DNA from: an uncultured delta proteobacterium
GTDB lineage: Bacteria > Desulfobacterota > Binatia > Binatales > Binataceae
Assembly (NCBI GenBank): GCA_963724765.1
Contig: CAVRVY010000004.1
Span: forward strand, 1,184,001 to 1,248,000
Reading direction: 5' to 3'
DNA length: 64,000 nt
How positions within the stretch are numbered: the stretch's first letter is position 1; every line of letters begins with the position of its first letter. Of the stretch, positions 51,076-59,653 are shown one piece after another. Below the pieces are notes generated by a model. The model worked only from the letters and a program-made list of their open reading frames with translations. It made no database searches and was not told the DNA's origin. Made by a program: the position numbers and the translations under genes.

Positions 51076-52041
51076 ATGCTAATCCGCTTCTGGGGAACCC
51101 GAGGGTCGCTGCCCGCGCCGCTTAACTATCGCGCGGTCCGAAAGAAGATCCGCCAGGCGCTGCTCGCGGCTCGTGGTCTAAACCTGGACGGGCCCGAAGC
51201 AATCGATGCCTTCATCGACCGCGCGTTGCCCTTTTCGGTCGGCGGCACGTACGGCGGTAATACCAGTTGCGTTGAAATCGTCACCGGCAGCGATGAGTAT
51301 GTGCTCTGCGACATGGGGACGGGCGCGCGCGAGTTCGCCAATAGCATTCTCGCGAAGTATGGTCCCGCCAGGAAAAATCGTTTTAACCTTTTCATGTCTC
51401 ATCTTCACTGGGACCACATGATGGGGTTTCCCTTCTTTACCCCAGCCTACATTCCGGGCAACGTTATCCGTATCCACGGCTGCCACAAGGACATGCGAGA
51501 GGCCTTCCAGCGTCAGCAGTCCAATCCATCGTTCCCCGTCGATTTTCGAACCCTCGGTGCGACAATCGAGTTCGTCGAGCTCGAGCCCGGTCGCACATAC
51601 GAAATTGACGGACTTTCGGTGCTGGCGATCGCGCAAAGGCACGGTGGTGATTCCTATGGCTATCGCTTCTCGAGAGAGGGACGGACGCTGGTATATTCCA
51701 CCGATTCCGAGCACAAGTACGAAGCGCTCGATCAGAACTATCCCTTCATCGAGTTCTTCCGTAACGCGGATCTACTCATTTTCGACGCACAGTACTCACT
51801 CGCCGACCAGATCTCTGTGAAGGAGGACTGGGGACATTCGAGCAATATGATCGGAGTCGAGCTCGCACAGCTCGCTGGCGTCAAGCATCTGGTGATGTAC
51901 CATCACGAGCCGGTCAACGATGATCGAATGCTCGAACAAATTCTGGCCGAGACGCGCCGTTATGAAGAAATCAGCCGCTCGGAGCACAAACAACAGTTGA
52001 CGATCACCTCTGCTTATGACGGACTCGAGATTGTCCTCTGA
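51076..52041 (+). CDS. MBL-fold hydrolase, phosphodiesterase-like
   Basis: FWGTRGS, GGNTSC, SHLHWDH.MG, DAQY, WGHS, HHEP. Confidence 0.85.
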   Translation: MLIRFWGTRGSLPAPLNYRAVRKKIRQALLAARGLNLDGPEAIDAFIDRALPFSVGGTYGGNTSCVEIVTGSDEYVLCDMGTGAREFANSILAKYGPARKNRFNLFMSHLHWDHMMGFPFFTPAYIPGNVIRIHGCHKDMREAFQRQQSNPSFPVDFRTLGATIEFVELEPGRTYEIDGLSVLAIAQRHGGDSYGYRFSREGRTLVYSTDSEHKYEALDQNYPFIEFFRNADLLIFDAQYSLADQISVKEDWGHSSNMIGVELAQLAGVKHLVMYHHEPVNDDRMLEQILAETRRYEEISRSEHKQQLTITSAYDGLEIVL

Positions 52042-52095
52042 GGACAAGCCCGAGTCGTCGAAGCCGCGACTGCCCACAGGTTTGCGTGGCATGGC

Positions 52096-52254
52096 ATGGC
52101 CTCTGATCTCGATCAATCGGTCAAGAACAGACCGGCAGGCGGATTGGGACTCCACATCGTGTGCGAGCTCGCGGACGAGGCTAGCTATAGCCGGCGCGAT
52201 GGGCGCAATATCATTCGACTAATCCGGCACGTTTCGTTGCTAAGACGTCCTTAA
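52096..52254 (+). pseudogene. C-terminal remnant of an RsbW-like anti-sigma factor kinase
   Basis: Manual translation MASDLDQSVKNRPAGGLGLHIVCELADEASYSRRDGRNIIRL; N-box region absent. Confidence 0.7.
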
Positions 52255-52282
52255 ATCCGTTCTTGGATTTTGAAGTCCGTGC

Positions 52283-52693
52283 TTAAATTTTGGCCTTTGG
52301 ATACCGTTCGCGCATCCAGGCCACGAACTTTTCCGGCGCGGCCATGGTCGAGAGGCGCCCCTGACGCACCAGCGCCCAATCGTCGAATTTTCCGGTCTGT
52401 TTGATCTCCGCCAGCGTCACCGGGGGCTCCAGGCGCTCGGCGAATTCGAGATCGACCACGGCCGACTTCGGATTATTCGGATCGTCGCGCGGCTGCGACC
52501 TCACGACGCTCATCCCGACCACGCTGGAGGCGCCGCCGCTATGATAGATGAACACCCGGTCGCCCGGCCGCATGTCGCGGATGACGCGAACCGCCTGCGG
52601 ATTTCTCACGCCGTCCCACGCCGTGTGTTTCTCGCGCTCGAGATCGTCGATCGAATAGGTTCCCGGTTCGGTCTTGGCGAGAAAGTAGTTCAT
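52283..52693 (-). CDS. EVE domain protein
   Basis: YFLAKTEP..YS, WDGVRNPQA, M..GD..FIYHS, LVRQGRLS. Confidence 0.92.
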   Translation of the reverse strand: MNYFLAKTEPGTYSIDDLEREKHTAWDGVRNPQAVRVIRDMRPGDRVFIYHSGGASSVVGMSVVRSQPRDDPNNPKSAVVDLEFAERLEPPVTLAEIKQTGKFDDWALVRQGRLSTMAAPEKFVAWMRERYPKAKI

Positions 52694-52807
52694 GGGCCCA
52701 TCCTCTTCGGCCGTGCTTCGAGGTAAAGCTATCGATCCAAGGTAAAGGTATCATGGGCAGCGCCAGACTTGGCAGTGATCTGGGCAGAGCGGCGCGCAAC
52801 TACTCTC

Positions 52808-53706
52808 ATGCCGGAACTACCTGATGTCACCGTATACGTGGAGGCGCTCCGAACGCGCGTCCTCGGTCACAAGTTGATCCGTGCCCTGGTGAGATCACCA
52901 TTTCTGCTACGCACCGCCGACCCTCCGCTGAGCGCGGCGCAGGGCGCGGAGGTCCACGACGTTCGGCGGCTTGGCAAGCAGATCGCCATCGGCGTCGCGG
53001 GCAACTTGTGGCTCGTGCTGCATCTCAAAATCGCCGGGCGGTTGCATTGGGGCACCTCCGCCCCCAAGCTGGGCAGCCGAAACGTACTGGCCGCGTTCGA
53101 GTTCGCCAACGGATGGCTGTGGCTCACGGAAGCGGGAACGCAGCGTCGCGCCTCGCTCCACGTGGTCGAGGGCGAAGCGGGACTACAATCGCTGAGCGCC
53201 GGCGGCATCGAACCGCTCGACGCCAGCCGCGACGCATTCGCGGCCGCGCTGCGCGCGGCCAATCATACGCTCAAGCGCTCGCTCACCGACCCGCACATTT
53301 TCAGCGGCATCGGCAACGCGTACTCCGATGAGATACTGCATCGCGCGCAACTCTCGCCGATCTCCATGTCGCAGAAGCTGACCGCGCAGGAGATCGACCG
53401 GCTATACGAGGCGACCCGCGCGACGCTGCTCGAATGGACCGATCGCCTGCGCGCCGAAGCGGGCGGCGCGTTTCCAGAGAAGGTAACCGCATTTCGGCCC
53501 GGGATGGCGGTGCACGGCCGCTATGGCCAGCCGTGCCCGCGCTGCGGCGGCAAGGTCCAGCGCATCCGCTACGCCAGCAACGAGACTAATTACTGCGCGC
53601 CGTGCCAGACCGGCGGCCGCCTGCTCGCCGATCCGCTTTTTCGCGCTTGCTACACGACGACTGGCCGCGCACGCTGGAGGAACTAGAGGAGCTGAGGAGG
53701 CGATAG
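52808..53706 (+). CDS. Fpg/Nei family DNA glycosylase with an apparent 1-bp deletion near 53633
   Basis: MPELPDV, HL.IAG, SGIGNAYSDE, CPRC..CAPC zinc finger; tail FSRLLHDDWPRTLEELE lies in another frame ending at 53706. Confidence 0.82.
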
Positions 53707-53824
53707 CATCACCGCGGGGCGCGCGCCTGATTGGCGCGCAGCGCGCGTTCAGCTACTGCCGAACTGCAGAGAAGGTATCAGCATACACATTATTGCAGTC
53801 GAGGCCGATGGCGGCTCGTTATAG

Positions 53825-55624
53825 CTATTTGTCCGAATGCGGAATCAGGCTCTCGACCATTCCTTTGACCGCTTGTTTAACGATGCCCGCCTCATTCGGA
53901 TCGCCGCGCAGAATCGTTTCAGTAAAATTTCTGGCCACCTTAAGCGTGATGTGGGGAGGAAGCGTCGGTGTATCAGGATCCGTAACGGCCTCCAGTACCA
54001 CCGGCCGATCACTGCCAAGCGCAAGATCCCACGCCTCAGCCAGTTGTTCGGGTTTCTCGACCCGGATACCGCGCAACCCGATTGAATCCGCGAAAGCAGC
54101 ATAAGGGAAATCCGGTAGCTCCTGGCCCGCGATGAAGCGGATGTCGCCCATCATGATACGTTGTTCCCAAGTCACCTGGTTGAGATCACGGTTATTCAGT
54201 ACCAGCGTTATCCAGCGGGGATCGGACCATTCCTTCCAATACTTGGCCACGGTGATGCACGCGTTGAGCCCATTCATCTGCATCGCCCCATCGCCGGTGA
54301 CGGCTATACAGACACGATCAGGGAAACAAAACTTCGCAGCTACGGCATAGGGAACCGCGGCGCCCATAGATGCGAGATTTCCGCTGCCGCTAGCCATCAT
54401 GCCGCGGCGAATCTTGAGATCGCGCGCATACCAGTTCGCCGTCGTGCCGCTGTCGGCCGAGAGGATACAGCGATCCGGAAGCTTCGGACTGAGTTCCCAG
54501 AAAACGCGTTCGGGATTGAGTAAACTGTTGTTGCCATCGGTATGAGCGCGCCCTTCGACGACCTTCCACCAGTCCTTCACGCTTTCGATGATGCTGTTCT
54601 GCCAGGCGCGATTGCGCTTGCGTTCGATCAGGGGTATCAACACGGCCAGCGTTTGCTTCGCATCGCCTTTCAAGTTTACGTCCATTGGATAGCGAAGGCT
54701 CAGGAGCCGCCCGTCGATATCAATTTGCACAGCCTTCGCCTGCCCGGCTTTAGGATAGAACTCACCGTAGGGGAAGCTGCTGCCGACCACCAGGAGCGTG
54801 TCGCAGCTCTGCATGAGATCCCAGCTAGGCTTGCTTCCGAGCAAACCGATGTGACCGGTGCAGAATGGAATTTCTTCAGGAATGGCAGCCTTGCCCAGCC
54901 AGCTCTTGGCCACACCCGCGCCAAGGAGCTCAGCGATTTCGAGTACCTCGTCTTGCGCGTTCAAGCTACCTGCGCCAACGAGCATCGCCACCTTTTTTCC
55001 TTCGTTCAGGATTTTCGCTGCTGCCGACAGATCAGCCTGGTGCGGAATCATATACGGCGCCGGGCATCCGACGCCGCTGAGCGCATGGTCATGTTTCTGG
55101 GGAGGATCGGGAACCGCAGCCTCTTCCTGGATATCCTTGGGAAAGATGAGACACGTGACCGACTTCTGGTCGATCGCGATGCGAAACGCGCGGTCGACGC
55201 AATGCCGCACGGCCGCGGGGCTGGAAACCGTGATGCAATATTCACTAGCGACGTCCTTGAACAGCGACGCGAGGTCCACTTCCTGCTGGTGTTGGCTTCC
55301 AAGCGCCGTGGTCGCCGACTGTCCGACGATCGCAACTACTGGCTGGCGATCCATTTTGGCGTCATAGAGACCGTTCAAAAGATGGATTGCGCCTGGTCCG
55401 CTGGTCGCCATGCAAACTCCAACCGTTCCGGTGAATTTCGCATGCGCCGACGCCATGAATGCGGCGAGTTCCTCGTGACGCGCTTGAATGAAACGCGGCT
55501 TGTCGCCGTTCTTACGCTGGCCCGCAAGGATTCCATTGATCCCATCGCCCGGAAGGGCGTAGATGCGATCGACGCCCCATTCCTGCATGCGCTGCATAAC
55601 ATACTGGCCGACACTGATTGCCAT
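53825..55624 (-). CDS. TPP-requiring pyruvate oxidase/dehydrogenase-like protein
   Basis: PGDGING, RHEE, TSGPGAIHLLNGLYDA, GDGAMQM..LNN. Confidence 0.88.
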   Translation of the reverse strand: MAISVGQYVMQRMQEWGVDRIYALPGDGINGILAGQRKNGDKPRFIQARHEELAAFMASAHAKFTGTVGVCMATSGPGAIHLLNGLYDAKMDRQPVVAIVGQSATTALGSQHQQEVDLASLFKDVASEYCITVSSPAAVRHCVDRAFRIAIDQKSVTCLIFPKDIQEEAAVPDPPQKHDHALSGVGCPAPYMIPHQADLSAAAKILNEGKKVAMLVGAGSLNAQDEVLEIAELLGAGVAKSWLGKAAIPEEIPFCTGHIGLLGSKPSWDLMQSCDTLLVVGSSFPYGEFYPKAGQAKAVQIDIDGRLLSLRYPMDVNLKGDAKQTLAVLIPLIERKRNRAWQNSIIESVKDWWKVVEGRAHTDGNNSLLNPERVFWELSPKLPDRCILSADSGTTANWYARDLKIRRGMMASGSGNLASMGAAVPYAVAAKFCFPDRVCIAVTGDGAMQMNGLNACITVAKYWKEWSDPRWITLVLNNRDLNQVTWEQRIMMGDIRFIAGQELPDFPYAAFADSIGLRGIRVEKPEQLAEAWDLALGSDRPVVLEAVTDPDTPTLPPHITLKVARNFTETILRGDPNEAGIVKQAVKGMVESLIPHSDK

Positions 55625-55691
55625 GATATTCCTCAGTTATTTTTGCTGGTTCTTAGTGAACTTTTCGCCTTGAGTGTGAGATTGACATCTT

Positions 55692-56012
55692 TCAGAACCA
55701 GTGCGATTTCGATCGGAAGAGTCCACGTATGCTTCGTTTGCGCTGAGTGTAAATAGGCGCGCCGCGTTCTCGAACGAGCCGCACGGTAGTTTTGACATCC
55801 TGCGCATTTCTGGGAATCACAACTCCGATAGGTTCCTGGCGGTAATTGGAACCATCTGTCGCATATAGCGCACTTGTTCCTTTGTCGAACCGTATCTCGC
55901 CTTCTATTGATTTTCTAAGCGCATCGGCCAACGATTTAGCGGAATCTGTGGACATTGCGGTACGCGCATCGTCTCGATCGAGGTGCCGTAAGGCCATAAC
56001 TTTGCTGCTCAT
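55692..56012 (-). pseudogene. N-terminal remnant of an FAD-binding (Fe-S) oxidoreductase
   Basis: GEIRFD...ALYATDGSNYRQ.PIGVVIP, breaking off before the expected RGGGTS FAD motif. Confidence 0.75.
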
Positions 56013-56295
56013 TCAACGCTCTTTTCCTGATGTTACTTTCCCGCTTGCTAAATGGCGGCTGGCTAACCGAGCAGTTAGATTTGTGCTTTGAAAAAAAAGC
56101 ATCAGATGAATCTCAAGCACGAAACTTGCCATCTATGGCGGCTTTGTACAGAAGGGGTAGCCTGTCCCGCTTAGACCGGGCTCAACGGGGATTTGGAGAT
56201 ATTTACCCGAGCGAGAGAACGCAAAAACTCCGACCTATGCAGGATAGACGCAGTAAAGGGTCGAGGATATTCGGCAAAAGGAGATCGATTATCAG

Positions 56296-56601
56296 TTGAT
56301 GAGATGGCATGTCAGGCTGCAAACCAAAAACAGTCGATACGCAGCAGCAGCGGCGCGCCGGCAAGTCGATGTTCGATTGCTAGCCCCTATCCGCAGCAAC
56401 GAGCCATTGATCGGGCACGCTACGCGTTCTGACTACTCCGAACCGTTGCGCGCGGGGATCAAGATTTATGAATGGCTTGGAAAAATACTGCATGCCAAGA
56501 TGGAAAACTCTGAAGAGATAGAGCTGCGGCGATGGCAGAGACGTTCACTGATGGAGCGAATCGAAGAGTCAATAGCCGGATGCCTTGAACCGCTACTCTA
56601 G
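56296..56601 (+). pseudogene. Remnant of a cardiolipin synthase (PLD family) C-terminus
   Basis: AARRQVDVRLL.P, LRAGIKIYE...LHAK joined directly to the tail WQRRS..ERI......PLL; rest of the HKD motif deleted. Confidence 0.72.
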
Positions 56602-56774
56602 GCGCCGTGCCCCGTAATACAATTTGTATAGGTCTTGCCGCTTACCTGTCCACTTTTTGGTTCTGGCTAGCGCCGTCCTTGTCCACCCAGCCCGAGAGTT
56701 CATCGACATAGAATCGGCAACCGTCAAGCACCATTCGGACACTATAGGCCGGTGACATGAACATTGAGGGAAAC

Positions 56775-56834
56775 TGGTGCCGGGGGCGGGACTCGAACCC
56801 GCACGGAACTTTCGCTCCAGGGGATTTTAAGTCC
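56775..56834 (-). tRNA. 3' fragment of tRNA-Leu(TAA); att site of the adjacent element, not a complete tRNA
   Basis: GGA-CTTAAAA-TCCCC, long variable arm, GGTTCGAGTCC T-arm, ...GGCACCA; no D-arm or 5' acceptor strand upstream. Confidence 0.88.
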
Positions 56835-56937
56835 TATCAATATCGAGACTAGCTACTAACTATTGCAAAAGACTGCGCTAAAATACGGCTTTTCTGCCCG
56901 TCCATATGCTGCTGTTTGTAGCCCGTTGTCACCGTCA

Positions 56938-57157
56938 CCCGCACAAAACCCGCACAAATTCAGATCTCGATCTGCCCAGCAAGGAAAACTGACTCACCAA
57001 TCTCACCAAACTCACCATCCAGACGCAGTGGGAAATTCGCTGTCTTCGGCACGAATCCTGCGTATGGCGCTGGACACGATGGAACTAGAATCCACTGCAC
57101 CGCGAAAAGGCTTTGACTTACAAAGGTTATTCGGCGGCTGTGCGGGAATTGTGCGGG
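56938..57157. repeat. Putative integrase arm-type and accessory-factor binding repeats
   Basis: CCCGCACA x2 (56938-56956), inverted TGTGCGGG x2 (57139-57157), CTCACCA x3 (56993-57017). Confidence 0.6.
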
Positions 57158-57277
57158 CCGCGCGAGGGTGTTGGAATCAGACGCGAGCTTGCCGGCGCGG
57201 CGGCAACAGAAACGCCGCCCGGCTCGGAGGGCGAGCGCAGGCGGCGCGATGGCGGGCGCGGGTGATTGTGGTGACTC

Positions 57278-58351
57278 TTATTTCCGCCGTTCAGCGAGGG
57301 GAACCACTGTGCGCTTAGTCGGCCGCGAGTCGAGGTAACTATCGCGGCGCTTAACCGCGGCCGCGAGGTCGGCCTCGCTCACGATGTTGTAGCGGTCGAA
57401 GATCGATCGCGTCTTGTGGCCGCTCAGGCTCATCGCTACCCGCTCGAAAACGCCGGCGCGCACCATGTCGCGGATCGCGGTTCGTCTCAGGTCGTGCACC
57501 AATAGCTTTCCAAGCCCCGCCTTCGTGCACGCGGCCGCCCACGCTCCGCGAAAGTCGAGGATCGGCTTGCCGTTGTGATGGAACACGAGCGTGCAGTCGG
57601 GCCGGCGCGCGGCGTCGGCCCGGGCGACTATATCGGCCAGTTCACCCTCGAGCGGTAGCAGGCGGCTTTCGGCGTTCTTGGATTTTTCCGGCGCTAGGCG
57701 GACCGCGTTGCCAGCCCGGTCAACGTCGCGCCACTCAAGGGACTTCATCTCACCCACGCGCCAGCCCGACAAGTAGAGAAAGCTCACCGGGTCGCGCAGG
57801 CGCTCGGGCAGAGCATCGCGAAGGGCGACGAATTCCGCGTGATCAAGGAATCCCTGTCTGGCGTTATGCTCCTCGAGCATCTGAATGTGGGGCGCGCGCG
57901 ACAGCCGCTCCGCGTCCACGGCGATTTTGAAAGCGCGTTTGAGTGCGGCCAGCTCGCGGTTGACAGTGCCGTTGGCGGCGCCGGCCCCGCGGCGCCCGAC
58001 GACGTACGCCCCGATCCGATCGGTAGTGATATCCACGGCCCGATCTAGGCCGAAGTACGCACGCAAGTGGATGAGGCTGCTGGTAAGGCGGCGCATGCTG
58101 CGGCGGTCGTTGATCGTGTAGTCGGACACCAGCATTGCGGCGAGGTCTTCGAAGCTGACCTTCTCTTCGGCTTGTCCGAGGAACTTACCCCCGCGCTTGC
58201 CGCTCTCTCGGATGCGGACGTTGAGCAGCCGTCGCGCGACGGTTTCGGACTCGCTCCCGGATGATTCGCGAAACTCCTGGCCGCGGTGCCAATAGCGAAT
58301 CCACCAAATCGTGCCGCGTAGATAGAGACCGCCGGTTCCTCGCTTGCTCAT
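57278..58351 (-). CDS. int: Tyrosine recombinase/integrase
   Basis: GWRVGE, KSKN, HDLRRT, SGHKT, RYN catalytic set; ATG overlaps the upstream TGA. Confidence 0.93.
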   Translation of the reverse strand: MSKRGTGGLYLRGTIWWIRYWHRGQEFRESSGSESETVARRLLNVRIRESGKRGGKFLGQAEEKVSFEDLAAMLVSDYTINDRRSMRRLTSSLIHLRAYFGLDRAVDITTDRIGAYVVGRRGAGAANGTVNRELAALKRAFKIAVDAERLSRAPHIQMLEEHNARQGFLDHAEFVALRDALPERLRDPVSFLYLSGWRVGEMKSLEWRDVDRAGNAVRLAPEKSKNAESRLLPLEGELADIVARADAARRPDCTLVFHHNGKPILDFRGAWAAACTKAGLGKLLVHDLRRTAIRDMVRAGVFERVAMSLSGHKTRSIFDRYNIVSEADLAAAVKRRDSYLDSRPTKRTVVPLAERRK

Positions 58352-59097
58352 GGTTTCACCGTCCTCTTCGGGCTTTTGAGTTCCTTCTTTTTCGCGCGGG
58401 AGTCGCGCATCCACCGTGCGTGCGCGCATCGGGGCGTACAGAACCCCTGGCGCAAGTCCTCGCGGACGAAGACCGTACCGCAACCTCCGCATCGGCAGAG
58501 GAGTTCGTGCTCGGTCATTACTAAGTCCTGGGCGGCCAGCAGGAATGTGAGCTCGAAGGCTTTTGTGGCCCACGCGCCACGCTCGCGCCACATCGCGGTG
58601 GCTTTCTGCTTGCCCTTATCACGGCCGAGGAGGACCTCTTCGCGGCGAATCGCGCGCGTAAGGCGCGGCGGGAGGTCGACGATCCATTCCTGGCCGTTCA
58701 GGAAGCGGGCGACACCTGACTCTACTTGCTCCGATAGCCGCTTGAGGGCGCGAGCAGGCATTTCGGGCACGCCGTCGCCTGAATAAATGGTACCGGGCCC
58801 ATTCTGGTACAGCAGGAAAAGCCAAACCTCGCGGGCGACAGCTTGCGGCGTTTGGTCGTCGTCGAGGGCCGCGGCGCGCGCGTCCCGGTAATCCCGGCGG
58901 CGCGCGAAATCCTCGACGAGCCAGCGAAGCCGGCTCTCTGATGTGGCGCCGAGCTTACGAATAAGGGCGGGCTCGTACGCGACGCCGCTGTCTCTAGGCT
59001 CACCGGTGACGAACACCAGCTTTACAGGTGCATTGATCTCGGACTCGACGGGTCGATCGGTCCTGCGCTTTTTAGCTCTGTGACTGCGTGCTTTCAT
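58348..59097 (-). CDS. Putative regulator with a C-terminal CGNR-like zinc finger
   Basis: CGGCGTVF......FCTPRC then basic helix; coupled to int, divergent from alpA. Confidence 0.6.
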   Translation of the reverse strand: MKARSHRAKKRRTDRPVESEINAPVKLVFVTGEPRDSGVAYEPALIRKLGATSESRLRWLVEDFARRRDYRDARAAALDDDQTPQAVAREVWLFLLYQNGPGTIYSGDGVPEMPARALKRLSEQVESGVARFLNGQEWIVDLPPRLTRAIRREEVLLGRDKGKQKATAMWRERGAWATKAFELTFLLAAQDLVMTEHELLCRCGGCGTVFVREDLRQGFCTPRCAHARWMRDSRAKKKELKSPKRTVKP

Positions 59098-59159
59098 CTA
59101 AAGTCACACTACCACGGACGCCGTTTACAACGCAAGTCTGTGCGCTTACGCTCATAATT

Positions 59160-59354
59160 GTGAAACGCAAAGAAAGCCAACCACGCACAGGTCTGCTTTT
59201 CGTTGACGACGTTCTCGCGCGAGTAGGCAACCCGAGTAGGACGACGCTTTGGCGCTGGGTCCGCTCGGGCATCTTTCCGCCGCCGCGCCGGCTTGGCCCA
59301 CGCCGGCTGGCCTGGCGCGAAACCGATATCGACGAATGGCTGGCGTCGAGATGA
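59160..59354 (+). CDS. AlpA family phage regulatory protein
   Basis: SRTTLWRWVRSGIFPPPRRLGPRRLAWRETDIDEWL; start uncertain. Confidence 0.85.
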   Translation: MKRKESQPRTGLLFVDDVLARVGNPSRTTLWRWVRSGIFPPPRRLGPRRLAWRETDIDEWLASR

Positions 59355-59653
59355 TCGGCCTCGACGAACTGATAGCCGGTGCGAACCCGGCCTCGCGCGA
59401 CGAGGCCGTGAGCCTGATGGGCCTGCTCGCCGCCGCGCAGATTCGGCTTGCGAAGATCGTCGCGGACCTGGCGATGTCGCAGACCGAAGATCGGTTGCTC
59501 GATGTGGACGAGGCTGCTCAAAAGCTTGGCGTCCAACCTGGCTGGTTGTATCGCCGGACCCGAAACCTTCCTTTTCTGGTCCGACTCGACGGCCAAATTC
59601 GATTCAGTGCGGCCGGCATAGATCGGTACATCGCAGCGAGGCGGGGCCGATGA
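59351..59653 (+). CDS. Excisionase-like HTH protein
   Basis: LLDVDEAAQKLGV...WLY, IRF; ATGA overlaps on both sides. Confidence 0.75.
   Translation: MIGLDELIAGANPASRDEAVSLMGLLAAAQIRLAKIVADLAMSQTEDRLLDVDEAAQKLGVQPGWLYRRTRNLPFLVRLDGQIRFSAAGIDRYIAARRGR

Noticed and set aside
56775-56860. Complete tRNA-Leu gene
   Set aside because: Sequence 5' of the anticodon stem cannot form a D-arm or acceptor stem
58352-58591. Longer integrase start
   Set aside because: Overlaps the Zn-finger gene; the ATGA-coupled start at 58351 is more plausible
59293-59649. N-terminal extension of the Rep ORF
   Set aside because: Low-complexity frame overlapping alpA and the HTH gene; not a primase domain
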